A stretch of 64,000 bases of DNA from Flaccisagitta enflata (Eukaryota): the NCBI GenBank assembly GCA_965153355.1, contig OZ231126.1:40920001-40984000 (forward strand). The letters are read 5' to 3'. A program made the translations under genes and the position numbers. Below, one piece after another: positions 14,812 to 29,690 of the stretch (position 1 is the first letter of the stretch; each line of letters begins with the position of its first letter). Under the pieces are notes generated by a model. The model worked only from the letters and a program-made list of their open reading frames with translations. It did no database searches and was not told where the DNA came from.

Positions 14812-15362
14812 CTCTCCATCGTTCAGCGATAAATCTTTATTAACGACAAACATTCAACCTCAACCAACAAAAAAGGGCAACACTGCACAATAGGAGGTCA
14901 AATTTTTCCCCTCATTCACTGTTTTAGTTGGAACCACATCACAGTGCCCCAGATCACCCCTCTATCACCTGCACGTCGGTGTTTCACTCATATGGCAACA
15001 AAAAACCTCATCTGGCCAACATCTGGCCTACACAACTCCATCCACCAACATCTTATTTGACAGTATCAAGTGGAGGTCATAAGTGTCAGAAACCTATCTT
15101 AATACCTATTCTACAAACTGCCCCCATTTATGATAATGATAAGATTTGCCAAGTTTCATGACCATCTAACTAGTTCTTGACAGGGCCCCCATTTAATGGC
15201 AAAACGTCTTACAAAAATTTGCTTTCATAATGCTCCCAATGAATCCTATGATTATTGGAAGTGGCAGGTGGCCCTATCAGGAACTTGTCATAAGGTCATG
15301 AAACTTGGTAAATCTTATAATCATAACAAATGGGGGTAGTTCGTAGAATAAGATAGGTTTTT

Positions 15363-16173
15363 GGGCAGCGGCCCCGAAGGGGACGAAGTCCTGTAGAACA
15401 CAGGGGGAATCTGTCCGTCCGTCCGTACGTCCGTCCCCCCCCTGCCCCACCCTCAGGGCTTCGTCTCCTTTGGGGCCAAAATCCAAACTGTATGGCCCAA
15501 ATCCAAGCAAAATGGCCTAAATCCAGGCAAAATGGGCCAAATCCAGGCAAAATGGGCCAAATCCAGGCAAAATGGCCCATAATCAAGCAAAATGGGCCAA
15601 ATCTGGCTAGAAAAATTGAATTCTGGCCTGATTTCTATCATTTTGGCCCCTTAAACTTAGATTCTGGCTCCTATAACCCTCAACCTAACCACAGACACCC
15701 AGATCCTGACCTTTGGGACCCAGATTCTGACCTCCCAAGACCTAGGTTCTGGCCTTAAAGACCTAAATCCTAGCCTCAGAGGCCCAAATCCTGGCCTCAG
15801 AGACTGAATTCCTTGCCTCTGAGACCAAGAAATTGGTCTCTGAGACCCAAATTCTGGTCTCAGAGACCCAGATCCTGGCCTGCTCCTCCCTCAATATAAC
15901 CCACAAACTATAAAATAAGGGCAAGGGTACCATTGTCCATATACTGCCTTTTGTCATTTCTCCATGGCTTTCAATGAAAATTTGAATAACAGGGCATCCT
16001 GGACAGAAGGAACGCAGACAGAAGGACGGACGGACGGACGGACAGATTCCCCCTGTGTTCTACAGGACTTCGTCCCCTTTGGGGCCGCTGCCCTGCTCCC
16101 TCTCAACCTAAATCACTTTCTACTCAAGCAGGGCACGGGTACCGCTGACCACTTACTGCCTTTGGGCTGCTAT
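15363..16173 (+). mobile_element. Family-B Helentron/DINE-like element with ~20-bp tandem core
   Basis: GGGCAGCGGCCCCGAAGGGGACGAAGTCCTGTAGAACACAGGGGG and its inverted copy at ~16045-16093, plus the 3' GGGTACCGCTGACC tail. Confidence 0.75.
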
Positions 16174-17423
16174 TAATACAGTAGATGTCGTCCAGAAATA
16201 CGGGGGCCCTAATATCCCAAATACCATTTGTGCAAATGAAATGAAACTGTGTGTGTGTAATGCTTATGTCCTATAAGGTTGACGATGGGGTATGGCAGCT
16301 CTGTTGATAGAAAATTCTCTTGAATACACCTAATCAAATTCGCCCCATTAAAACAACTGCTGAAATTGGTCTAGTGGTTAACTCATTGAAGGCTGTTTCT
16401 ATAATAGTATCCCGCGTAAGAGCAGTTATGTGAAAGTTACCATGCCAACTCGTTGTGTTATGAAGCTTTTAGTCCTTTCTGATGATGTTAGAAGAGAGAA
16501 AAACTAATATTTCTATCGAATAGCAAATGAACTATTGATTTAAAGATGACATATCAAAGGCTCATTTTTGCTCAAATTTTTGCTTCATTTTCGCACGATC
16601 CTTGCAGTTATGAAAAAATCGATTAATTCATTCTTCCATTTGAAAGCCATCCAAAACTTTAATTGATACAAACAGTGAAAGAATGATTAAGAATACATTC
16701 CATCACGTAAGAGAAGGTTGAAAAATACACTTTTCATATGGCGAAATGTTGAAATTTGAGAAAACCACAATATGCAAATAAGCTAATTAAGCGAACTTGG
16801 TGAAGCGATTTGAATCTGATCTTACGCGATACAAAAAGACGGGTGGGCAGGGGCCGTAATTGTGGTCACTAGATCATTTGGGTAGGAGCAGTGAGGCTTA
16901 AAACCGCAAAAAAAAATGTCAAGTGCGACCAACAGACAGACCAATGGACGGACCCCCAAAGCATAGCATACGCCTTAAAATAAAATAACAGATGAGTGAC
17001 GTTTCAAAATAAAATGGATCTTACAATTTAACATTCCTATGTTTGCTATTCATTAAATAGGACAGCATCGAAAGTTTTTTTTGAAAAATTGTCTTTAATA
17101 AAATAAGGGCAATGTTGCAATGAAATCTTAATTGTGTATGAGAAATACGGCATCTCCCCCCCCCCCCAGGAATTTACAAAGGGGAAAAAATCAATGTGGG
17201 TGAACGTTTTCATATCCAAAGTTTCTTAGGCCTCACTTCCACTACCCAATCAAATGAGTCATGAGACATATCTATTGTATCTATTGTATCTATGAGCTAA
17301 TTTGCCCATTTACAAAATATACATGTGTGTGGCACGAAAATGCGCGGAACTGTTAAACAACTGGGTCTGTGCTTTAGATGTTTGTTGATTTCTTAATCCC
17401 AGCCCACTCAGTCTATCTCTCTC

Positions 17424-17524
<101 letters not shown>

Positions 17525-17537
17525 GTCTCTCTCTCTG

Positions 17538-17635
<98 letters not shown>

Positions 17636-18684
17636 TTGATGCACGCGCACAATGATGGAGCATCAATAGAATATTTCTACGCGAAGACATATATGACCTC
17701 GTGAATGAACAAATTCCATAAATTACCGTTTTGAAACTTGAGTGCATGAGCCTCTGTAGCACAGAAAAAAAGGAAGATTTCATTTTTCGTGTGTATGTTA
17801 CATCATTGTTTTTGCAGCAACACCTACAGTCGAAGTTCATCTCTTCAATTTTCACAAAATGACATTTTTTGCTGGTGGTTTCCCTCTTCCGTAATCTAAT
17901 GAAATTTATGCAATGTACATTCGTAATTTTCTCATAATCCATCGAGATTTCTAGTGTATTAGTCAATTTCTTTACTTCAATACTAATTTTGCTAATCAAA
18001 TGACTGGATACGTCGCTGATAAGCAAAATGCAGAACTAGTAAGACCATCTACCATATTTGAAAAGTTATCAAACAAGGCCGGATACACAGCCAATACCAG
18101 CCGCGGACGGGTGGGTAGGGGCGGAAATGCGTGTTTTCCATCTTTTCGACTTGTGCGTGACGGACCAACGGACCGACCGACGGACAAAGCCTCTTATAGG
18201 TTCGCCAGTCCGCGACTAAAAAGTATAATCCTAATTTGCCAAGAATCATATCTTGCTTGCATTGAAGCACTAACTAGCTTATTTCAGTGGTTTCCTTGTT
18301 ACTTAATGATATTCAAAAAAAAAAAAAAGAGAAAAGAAAAAACAGGGCCAATTACGCCAATAAGATGCGACGTGTGGATCGTTAAAGGAATGCGTTACCC
18401 GACAGACCGACCAATGGACACAGCCAGTTATAGAGGTGCTTTGTCGCTCCTAAAAAGGCTGTTAAGGCTACTAGATAAATTGACACAAGCAGAAGTATTG
18501 ATCAAAAACAGGAAAAAACCCCATTATCTTAGGTTTTTGGCAGAACATTTTTGTTTGAGTTGCTCTTGTTTCTGGATAAATCGAGCTACAGATACCAGAT
18601 TGGTCTCAATTCAAAGCTAATTTACAGTAGTTTAAAGAAAGACAATAGGGAAAACTTTTTTTCAATACGAATACGAATACGGTA

Positions 18685-19092
18685 CTACTCGACTCAATAA
18701 AAAAAGTCGCACTTTTAAAAGGTAAATTGTCATATTAGATTTCAAAATGATTAAACAAAATCTTAAACCGATAAGAAGCTCTTGAAAAGATCTTTCATAT
18801 GGCTCTAATCTGGCCATTCTACCTTTATCCATCTAAAAAGAGAATATAAATGAGAAGAAACATTGCCTTTATCAGTTTGCATTCTCATTAAAAAATGAGT
18901 ATTTTTACAAATTAAAAGATAACTTTGACAAGCTCTAGCTCCTAAACTGTTTGAGACGCAGATCTGGGATTAGTCTGGAAAAAAAGAAAATTTTAACATC
19001 TTTAAAATCACTTCAACAGAAAAATGTTTAAACAATTTTTTTTTATTATTGATCCACTCAAAATAGGTACAGCTTTTTTTTTAGTCAAGTAG
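18685..19092. mobile_element. TA-flanked MITE (~410 bp)
   Basis: Same TIR and interior as 13490-13899, opposite orientation. Confidence 0.75.
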
Positions 19093-19590
19093 TACTATGT
19101 TAGCAAGGGAAAGTGAAACTTTTGAGTCCGTTTTTCATAGTGAAGTTAGTGTAGGACGCAACATGTAAATATTTGTCAGTTAAATAGATCTGACTGCATT
19201 TTGATTTGTATTTTTTTGATACAAAGTAGCCATGAAGCTGCTGAACACAAATCATAAACAGACAACAACATTTAGGCAGCCGCCTTTCCCCGATTCCTGT
19301 TTTTCTAGCTGAAAAAGCAGGATTCAAACCCAGGAAAATCTTCGCTTTCCCTGTCTAACTATGTGAATAAAAGCTATAATTTCAAATGGCAACCCATCAA
19401 CTGACCAAAGGATCGACCAACTGTCAAAGCGGGTTACAGAGCCGCATGTAAGCGACTTGAAATCAGTTTGACTATCCTTTGTGTTTTAAACTTTTAATAG
19501 TGGGCTGCCTCAACAGGGGAGCTGCGTGTGAATGTTACGTTTCATTTTCCATTTTAGCACGTCTATTTATCAACAAGGACAACATAGACG

Positions 19591-19645
<55 letters not shown>

Positions 19646-22600
19646 AAACAGCGATATTGTCATGCTCAAAGAAAATGCATGTTTTTAAACATTTTAATCC
19701 TGTACAACGCAACTTAACATCTGCTTTGTTGTTCCGTGGGTTGGTCAGTCTGTCGGTGATAGTTGTGAATCCAACTTTGTTTACTTGAATATCATAGATG
19801 GACTTATTGGCCAGACAGACAGTATGACAAAGCCTCTTTACATTGCCAGCCTGCTACTGATACAAGGCCGGTTACACGGTTACCTCAGTCGCGTGCAGGT
19901 GGGCAGGGGCAGTGGAAAAAGTCACTGGCATTTTGGAGGGAGTAGTGAGCTCAATAGGGCTCATTAATGCCGAAAAAGTTTGAAGGGGACTAACTGACCA
20001 ACAGACAAAGCGGGGTACAGAGTCGCGTTGCACGCGACCTAAAAGGGGTGCCCATTGTTGAATGACAAGTTTCACATTGCAACGATGAAACGAAGAAAAT
20101 ACAGAAGGCCCCTTCTCATCGGTCCCATTGGGACTAAAGATTTTTTCACTTTTATCTAAGGTTCACCTTTAAAGAGGTGACATCACATTTTAAACTATCA
20201 TTTGGGAGCATTTAGAACTCTAAAATATTGACCTTCATTGATGGGGAACCTTTAAATGCAGGTCTGTTGCGGAGTGCCACTGTACTCCTTAATGACGAGC
20301 GAAAAACGCCAAATTGGCGTGTGCATGCTCTCGTTGAGGTTCGATTTAGCGACTTTCGGCTAGAAACCGACCACAGGAAATGACGTCGAATTGGAAAAAA
20401 GTAGTATTTTTTAAATCAATAGTTCATTTGCTAAATTTCCTCTAAATGAGTTAAAACTTTGCAAATATCTTCTAAACACCTTCTAGTGCTCGAAATATAC
20501 CGAGTTGGGCCTTGTTACATGTTTACGCGGGATACTACTATAATCTCCTTTTTGAGAAATGGCCAAATAGGTCAATTTCAAAATTGAGAAAATTTGTCAA
20601 AAACATTCATAATCAGATAGCTCATGTCAATATGAACATGGTTCAAAAACTGAATTTTGTTACTGATCCTTGATTTTCATGTAAATTAGGCTGAAATGCA
20701 ACAAACAATGATCGAAAATAAGCAAAAATTGAGTTGTTAAAGTCCGCAAAACCAAAAAATGGGAATATTTTACTAAATCACAGTTCAAGAATTCAATCAG
20801 ACCCGATTCTGCTGAAAAAAATTGAGATTTCAATTTTTTTTGAAAATTCTCTATAAGCAGCTTTTTTGGCTGGTTGGGCCAGTTGGCAAAAATTTACTGA
20901 ATCTTTCGGCAACGATTAATTTAAGTAGGCATTCTCTGAAAAAACCACTGTGCAAAATTTCAGTATTTTAGAAGTTATGCCGTTTTTTAAAATTTTTGGG
21001 TGGTAGGCTGGTTGGGCTGGTTGGGTTGGTTAGATGTGTCCCAGATGCACCAAATGCTCTGTTCGTAATAGTTTTAGTACAGTATTGATCCATGCAAAAA
21101 ATCTTTTGTCTCTCTCAAAGGGTTTCCAAGATATGGGCATTTCCTGACTTTTTTGGTTTACCATTTTGCTGTAAGTGCATACTACGCTTAGCAGGAATTA
21201 ACCAAAATTGTCAGACCCCCAATTGCAGTATGAGCACATGTTGACATGAGTGAATAAAAACAAGATGCGAAGTTTCATGACCCTCAGTGACCAAAAACCA
21301 TCGGCAGCGGGCTTATTTAGGTCAAAAATGTGCAGAACACCTTCTTCCCTTGTTATTTCTTACTAATTGCAACCATGAAGTTCTTTAAAGCAGTAAAAAA
21401 GTGACGTGGGGTCAAATTTTTGTTACAGATGGGTGGGCTCGGGCACCCAACGCCCATCAACATCCCGCGCCTATTCCCTCCAACCAATACACACACCCAA
21501 AGAGTATCTAAAACATTCATTTTCCGACTTTTTGACTCGTGCGTTACGGACTGACGGATAAACTGATTGACAGACCATTGGACGAACAAAGTTGTATATA
21601 GTTGCATGTCCGCAACTAACAAGGCCAGATACACGGCTACCGAAGTCGCGTGTGGGTGGGGCAGGGGCAGTGATGAAAAGGATAACCCGCTTGGGCAGTA
21701 GTAATGCAAAAACCGCTTCTAAACGCCGAAAAAACTAATGGTGATGGACAGAAGGAAGGACGAAGGGATGGACAGACAGATGGATGGACGGACGGACGGA
21801 CGGACGTGTGGACGGACGGACGGACGGACGGACGGACAGACGGACGGACAGACGGATAGCAAACGGAGAAAATGAGAAACGGACCAACCGACATAGCGGG
21901 TTATAAAGTCGCATACACGCGACTGAAATGGGGTTTGATCCTTAAAAGAATCTCAAAGGTGCATAGATTAACATATAGCTGGGTCCAGCAAAAAAAAAAA
22001 AATGTGCTGAGATCTGCCAAATGTAGTTGTTACTTTTTAGTCGCGTGCACGCAACTCTATGACCCACTATTTCTGTTGGTCGGCCGTCGTTCCGTTGGTC
22101 CCCGTTAGATTTTTTAGCGTTTACCAGCGGTTTTTGCGTCACTGCTCCTGCCCAAATACTTTTATCACTGCCCCTGCCCACCCAAACGCGATTTTGGTAG
22201 CCATGTATACATCCTTGTTTTTATTGAAAAAAATTTCTTGGGGTTGTTGTCCTTTCAAGTTATGTTTGACCACATAGTCATGTCTTTCCGTCTGTCTTGA
22301 AATAGAGTGTGTGTCTCCGGCTGTCTGTCTGTCAACTCCAAAGTCTTTGACTCTTTACAACAAATCAAACAATTTTATCAATCCGATTGGGCAGTGGCTC
22401 CAAAGGTGCTGATGACCCTTGCTTAAACATATGGGGAAGTTTCTCCCCCTTCTCCAAGAATTTCCCTGTAATCTAATCCTGGGGCTCAAATTCTAGCCCT
22501 TATGTTTATATCCAAAACCTTTAGCCCAAATTCCAGCCCTGAAAACCGTACCCACCCAAAAGCCCTGAGAGGAAATTCCTAACCTTGAGGCCAAAGTCCC

Positions 22601-22797
22601 CAGGCCTTCAGACCCAAGTCCAAGCTGTCCAAGCTGTTTAAGGCCCCGAAAGCCAAGGGACCAACGGACCAACGGACCAACGGACCAAAGCCTCTTATAG
22701 AGTTGCATGTCCGCAACTAGAAATGAACTAATGGAATGAATATGATTTTTCAACAATTGTAATAAATGAATAATTGCAATGAATGAAATAGGGGACG

Positions 22798-22968
22798 GAA
22801 TGCATGAATGGAATGAATGCATGAATGGAATGAATGCATGAATGGAATGAATGCATGAATGGAATGAATGCATGAATGTAATACTAATTAATGCATGAAT
22901 GGAATGAATACATGAATGGAATGAATGCACGAATGTAGAAAATGGATGAATGGAATGAATGCATGAAT
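22798..22968. repeat. 17-bp minisatellite (GAATGCATGAATGGAAT-like)
   Basis: Direct tandem units, followed by (GAAT)n at ~23100-23192. Confidence 0.85.
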
Positions 22969-23809
22969 CAATTAACAATGAATGAAAATTATTGAATAAT
23001 GAAGTAATGATGAATGAGTGTTAATGATATATATCAATTAGCATGATGAAAGTATGGATGCAATGAATGATGAATGTTGTCAAATGAATGAGGATTGAGA
23101 GAATGAATAAATGAATGAATGAATGAATAAATGAATGAATGAATGAATGAATGAATGAATGAATGAATGAATGAATGAATGAATGAATGAATGAGATGAG
23201 ATGAAGAATGGTTTGAATTTCCCGCATGAGAAATTTCAAGTAATTTTGGTCAATTTCATTGAATTCTATCTTGAGCGTAACAAACCAAAGGTCAAACGGA
23301 CGGATGCGCTGACGGAGACTCTTTATGTTGTCGCAATGAAAGACATAACAAGGCCGGCTACATAGCTACCCTGGTCGCGTGAGGGTAGGCAGGGGCAGTG
23401 ATAAATAAGGTTACTGGGGTATTTGGGCAGGAGCAGTTAGCTCAAAATGCTAAAAACCGCCGAAAAATCAAACAGACCGACCAACCAACTGACCAACCAA
23501 CCAACCGACCGACCAACGGACGGATAAAGCGGGGTTAAGAGTTCGTAGCATGCGACTAAAAATGCTAAGCTGAAACGTGAAGAATAACTAAAAGATAAAA
23601 AATGCAAAGAGAGCTAACTTTATGTAAATAGGTTCATAGGTTAGTATTTACTTTAATCTTTATCATAGATATGCTCGCTGCTGATGGTTTGAGGTCTCTG
23701 ACGCTTATGAAACTTTTTCCCTAGGCCTCTGCCACACACATACACATTCTAGCATACTGCGATGAGCAGTGCTTTAGCTTTGGTTAATGGCTTCTAAGCG
23801 TAGTGCATA

Positions 23810-24220
23810 CTACGCGAATCAATAAAAAAGCCGCACTTTTAAATGACAATTCATCATATTGAATTTCAAAATAATTCATGAAAATCTTAGACCATTTTAA
23901 AGATCTTGAAAAGATCTTTCATTTGGCGCCAATCTGGTAGTGCTATCTTTTTTCGTTAAGAAATGGCATCAGTTTGAGTAAAAATATTGCCTAATTCAGT
24001 TTTGCAATCCCTATGAAAAAAATGCATTTTGGCAAAATAGTACTTCTCTTTGCAGAGCTCTAGCTCCTAAACCGTTTGAGATACAGGCCTGGGATTAGTC
24101 TAGAATGAAAGAAAATTTGAAAATCTTCAAAATTGGTTGAACAAAAAAATTCAGAAAAAAAAATTTGTGTTTCTTTCACTCACCTACAAAAGGGTGCGGC
24201 TTTTTTATTGATTCGCGTAG
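23810..24220. mobile_element. TA-flanked MITE (~410 bp) with perfect TIRs
   Basis: TA|CTACGCGAATCAATAAAAAAGCCGCAC ... GTGCGGCTTTTTTATTGATTCGCGTAG|TA. Confidence 0.85.
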
Positions 24221-26026
24221 TACATGCGCCAATAACAAAGAATTAACTACAAAGATTCATCTTGAAGCGTGATTATTCTGCAACAATTTACTGACCAATC
24301 ACATTGAAAATTTCATTAAGGCTGAATGCCCGGGAGTTAAGACCTGAAATTTTCAGTGTATATGCAAAATTTCATGCTCTTTCTCATCGTGTTATCCAAA
24401 TTTCCATCATCAGTTTCACAATGGCGTGACAGTGACAGACTTAAAGTGTGACATGAGCGTGACAGAAGAGCTGGGGGGGTGTGCAGAATAATCACGCTTG
24501 AAGAAAAGTGTCATTACGCGGGATTGGGGTGTCACAGTGGCATGAAATTTGGAGCGTATGTCCTTCAAGTAGTCCTCTATTAGATAGAAACCTGAAAAGT
24601 GATTAACTTTGAGAATTTATAGTGTTTTAAAAAAAGATAATTGGCATACTCAGATTTTGCCATGAAATAGCAAAAAAATTAGAAGGATCAAAATTTGATG
24701 ATAATACAATATTTGAACAACTTAGCATTTGCACAGTAGGATGAAATTTTTTGTACATCACATTGGAATGATGATAACTGATTAAAAGCTGAGAAATGAT
24801 CAGATAATCTATTTTTAATAGGTTTCGCTTGTTATTTGCTTGTCCGGACAAAATCCGGACATGCCAATGTGGCCAATTTGACCTAATTTTTATTACCCCT
24901 AGGGGTAGGGGTAGTCACAGAAGATGGTTTGGCAAGGTAATCCAGGTAGTTAGGAAGGTTATCCAACTATAAAAACTTGTCACAAGGCAATAGACATTGC
25001 GGTAACACTGTTAACGTGGTGGCGAGTCGGGTTCTCTCGTTGAAAAGAGATTGTGACATTCGCCTGAACATCTGATTCATTATGATCAATTTTTTTAAAG
25101 GTTCCAGGTTCAAATCCCATGCTAGTTTGGCAAATCAAGCAAATAGATGAAGCTGAAATTCTGCAAAATATATGATTGATCCTTTAGTTTTATACTCAAA
25201 GTTTTTTTTTTCTAAGGTAAGCCGCTGGGGGATGCCATACCCCATTGTCGCCACCTTAGGGTCTATACATTACACCAACAAAATATCAGTCTCTTCACCA
25301 TACTGATAGTCAGGTTATGAGCTCCCCCATATTTCCAAGTCTAGACGACATCTACTGTACCTATAACGTCGCCAACCCCACCCTGTTAATCAATTAATTG
25401 AGATTATAATTGTCAACATAAAATGCACTGTAGTAACCCATTATCAACTAGCAACATCAACCTGATTTGATTCCATGAGTTTATCCGGCAACTATTTTCT
25501 CCTCAGGTAACTGCAACTCTATCGGACCATTACAACATCATTCAGACACCACAATTTCTTTGGACCACTCCATGTTCATCTGGCCATCCAGTTACCACCC
25601 ACAAGTATGTGTCTCAATGAACTTCTGTAAGAAAAATGAAAATTCTATGTAGGGGCTGTAATGTTGCTGGGCAGGGGCAGTAATGCTCAGAGATTACTAT
25701 TTCAGTTGATTCATTCAAAAAATCGTGCTACCGACATTCCTGCCTACCTACCGACCTACAGACACAGTGAGTAAGCGAACGACATGAAACGGGCACGCGA
25801 CAGAAGAAAAGGTTAGAAAAGGAACTAAATTGGTTTTCCATGTACACACAAAAATCCACAAAAGAAGTAAAAAGGAACATCCAAATAAAACCAAATAAAA
25901 CGGATTTGGTTTCACACGGTTGATCACGCGAACCCCAACGGGATGATTTCATTGTTTTTCCTTACTCGTCCAAGTGCCCTACTGTTTTGGTTTCTTTTTC
26001 TCTTTCTTTTTTTCCCTTTTCCTTTT

Positions 26027-26566
26027 TGGGCGGCGGCCCCAAAGGGCCGATGTCCTGTACGACACAGGGGGGAATTTTGAGATATCTGTCCTTCCATCCA
26101 TTCCCCCCCCCCTTGGCCATCCGAGCCTCAAGTCTGCACTCTCAGGCCTGGTTTTAGCCCTCTGAGCCCTAAAATAAGCCCTCTCAGACCTCAATTTAGC
26201 TCAAATCAGCTCTCCGGACATCATATCTGCCCTCAAGACCTCAAATCTGCCCTCCAGACCTCAAATATGTCCTCCAGGCCTTTAATCAGCTCTTTAAGCC
26301 TCAAAATTGTCCTCGAGGCTTCAAGCTTGCCCCCCAAACCTCAAATATGCTCTTTTGGAGTAAATCCTGCCCTCCAGACTTCAATGACCTCTATCCGCCT
26401 TCAAAAGAGCTGATATACCTCAGGACGTCTCGAAATTAACCCTTGTACCCCACAGGACATCGGCCTTTTGGGGCCGCTGCCCTGCTCTCACTCACATACT
26501 TTACTTAATCACTCCAAGCAGGGCATCGGGTACCGCTGACCATGTGCGATCCTCGGATGACTAGTT
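26027..26566 (+). mobile_element. Family-B Helentron/DINE-like element
   Basis: Same architecture and termini as 1261-1784. Confidence 0.75.
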
Positions 26567-26739
26567 CTCTTTTTTTTCTCTCTCTCTTTCTTTTTCCTTT
26601 TTTTTTTTTTCTTTTTTCTTCCCCTCCTTCTCTCTCTCCTCCTTCTCCCTCTTCTTCTCGTTCTTCTTTTGCTAGATTTTTATCTTCTTTTTCTTTTTCT
26701 TCTTTTATCTCTACTCCTTTATCTTCTCTTCTTTTTCTC

Positions 26740-26803
26740 CTTCTTCTTCTTCTTCTTCTTCTTCTTCTTCTTCTTCTTCTTCTTCTTCTTCTACTTCTAC
26801 TTC

Positions 26804-26835
<32 letters not shown>

Positions 26836-26968
26836 TGTTTATTCTTCTTCTCCTTCATCATCTCTTCTTCTGCTTCTTCTTCTTCTTCTTCTTCTTCCTC
26901 TTCCTCTTCTTCTTCTTCTTCTTCTTCTTCTTCTTCTTCTTCTTCTTCTTCTTTTTCTTCTTCTTCTT
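26740..26968. repeat. (CTT)n microsatellite
   Basis: Direct reading of the sequence. Confidence 0.95.
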
Positions 26969-28499
26969 AATCATCTTCTTTGTTTATTCCTCCTCTATAG
27001 CTTTACTTTTTAGTTGCGGACACGCAACTCTATAAGAGGCTTTGTCCGTCCGTTGGTCGGTCCATCCGTTGGTGGGTCCGTCGGTCAGTCCGTGGACACA
27101 AGTTGAAAAGTGAGGAAACGAGTGTTTTAGATGCTTTTTGTGCATGTGAGTGGGGGACTTGGGGTATGGATTGAGGTTGGATGCCCCTGCCCACCCGTCC
27201 GCAACGATATTGTGACCCTGCGTCACTTGTTCTTGTTCCATTTCTTCTCCGACTTTCTCTTTTTTCCCTCTCCTTGTCCTTTTCTGCATTATATTTTTTC
27301 CCTCCTCCCATCCCTATTCCTTTCGCTTTTTAGTTGCGGACACGCAACTATATAAGAGGCTTTGTCAATCCGTCGGTTTTTTGGTCCATCAGTCCCCGCG
27401 TGCTTCTGTGCTTCGGTTTCTTCTTCCTCTGCTCCGTCTCGTCTCTCACCCAAAATGTTCCTATTCCCAGTTCCCACACTTCTCGTCCCCAGACTTTTGC
27501 CCCCGCCCCCGCCCCCGCCCCCCTTGCCCCGGAAAAGACTCGTAAACTCCTAATGTGGGGATTAGCACATAAAAGAAACAAGTGAAGGGGAAAATCTATG
27601 TGATTGCCCCTAGAATTAGAATACGCGCCAGTACCATTTGTGTTAGTACGAGTGCAGCTTCCGAATTGGGCAAGGCAACGCCTAAGAGGTGACCCGCCAG
27701 TCATGATGGCTTTGATTGTGGTAATTTTGGCATTGGTGCACTTGACCACAGCAACGCTGGAGTTTTAAAAGCAATGTAGGAAGTGAAAATTTTGGCATTT
27801 CTATCATCGTCACTGACAAAGACAAACATGGGCCTGCCTACTATCTAGGAAATAAATACACGGACAGCTGGAGAAAACTTAGCCTTTTCATTCGCTGAAT
27901 GAAAATTATGTTCTTATAAATCAATTTTCAGTTATCAAATGGTATTCTGAACTATCAGAAGTCTCTGTTTCGAGTTTCTATTGGATTGGTCCATGATTTC
28001 TCAATTTAAATCAGAGTATCCCTGACTTTTTTATTAAGCAACAAAAACATCATGAAATGAGTTTGTTTTTTTTTATTGATATCAGATAATTTTATAGCAA
28101 TATGTTTCACTGCAACCTTCAATTCTTTTAACAGTCAAAAAGTATATTAAAATGTGATCTAATGAGGCAAAGCAGAATGATTTTGATCAATCCGTGTAGA
28201 TTTAAGAGCTTTTTCAATGGAGGTTGTCCCATGAAAATTTGTACTGAAACTCTCTGAATAAGATTTTGGTAAAATGACTATTTTTCTTCAAAACAGTGTC
28301 ATTTGAAAACGGATTGAGCCACTAAGCTCAGCTTGGTCTTGAATGGAAGATTTTTTTGTCATAGTTTGTTGATCTGCTTTCATTTTTTCATGGGTTAATG
28401 AAGTTTAGCTGCTATAACCTTGGTTAGGTGTCCGTATATTTATTTCCTAGATAGTATGGTTACGAATTCAAATAAAGGGGATGTATTTTTAGTTTACAA

Positions 28500-29690
28500 T
28501 GTAGACAGTATTCGTCGCCGGATGATGCCAAAGGTTGGAAAACTCCCAATGTTCCTCTTAAAGAGCGTCTCGCGACCATCGACTCTCAAAGAAAAGATGA
28601 GACTGACACCATTTGCCATCAATGCCGGTATAAACACCCTACCCACCCTTGACAATCTGAAACGTTGGGGCAAGCGTACAAATGATAGATGCCCGTTCTG
28701 TGGAAACTAGGGATGTGGAAGCGGTCAATTTTAGTACCGCTTCCACCGCTTCCGCTTCCGCTTCCGCTTCCATTTTGTAGTACAAATACTAGTATCTATC
28801 CCATCCTCCAAAACGGAAGCGGTCAATCGCTTCCACATCCCTAGTGGAAACATTGAGACACTCCTACATGTATTGTCTAACTGTTCTGTCTCACTGGATC
28901 AGGGTCGATACACCTGGCGTCACGATTCGGTTTTAATGTCAATTGTAACGCTAATACGTCCTTTTCTCAATGATGGTATGGTACTGTTTTCTGATATGGT
29001 GGGTTTGCAAGCCCCACACGGCGGTACTATCCCTCCTCACATCCTCGTAACAACCTTTAGACCGGATATATTTTTAGTTGATGAAACTGCGCGTATTTGC
29101 ATCGTGTTTGAATTGACTTGTCCTTGGGACAAAAACATTGATCGGAGTCATACTTATAAAGATGACAAATATTCTCCTTTGGTATCTGATCTATCTAATA
29201 ATTTTACCGTCTTTCATTACTCGATCGAGGTATCGGTGAGGGGAAAAGTAACGGGAAACAACCGGGCTCGTCTGAAAAGTTTTGCCTACAAAAGCTGCAG
29301 GGATGCACGTTTGGTTTTCAAATCCCTGACGAAGATAGTCTCAAAAGCTGCGTTGTTGACCTCTTTTAGCCTTTTTACCGCTCGCAAGGAACCATCGTGG
29401 ATTAGTCCTCCTCCACTAGTGGTCAGATAAACCGTTCTATTATAATTCATGTGGCTACTCATGAATTTCGATTGTGTGTTTTATCTGTTTTTTTTCTTTC
29501 TTTCTTAATTACTCGTAATTATGGTTCCTTAACTGTTATTTATTGTTAGTTGGGTGCATAGGTCAATGATCTGTATTGGGCTTTGTTTTGCAATTGTTTT
29601 GCATCTTAATCAACCCAATAATCTGTTAGAGTTCTATACTATTGCCCACTGTTTTATATTTTACTTTGAATATAAAACCAATCATCATCA
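28500..29690 (+). mobile_element. 5'-truncated non-LTR retrotransposon with CCHC zinc knuckle and restriction-like endonuclease (R2/NeSL/Hero group)
   Basis: After removing the MITE the frame reads NTLPTLDNLKRWGK..CPFCGNIETLLHVLSNC..GRYTWRHDSVL..RPDIFLVD..FELTCPWD..KDDKY, stop at 29430. The 3' UTR ends in short (ATC)n near 29690. The 5' boundary is approximate. Confidence 0.9.
28708..28843. mobile_element. 136-bp hAT-type MITE
   Basis: Perfect 16-bp TIR TAGGGATGTGGAAGCG and 8-bp TSD GTGGAAAC (28700-28707, 28844-28851), internal (CCGCTT)n. Confidence 0.92.
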
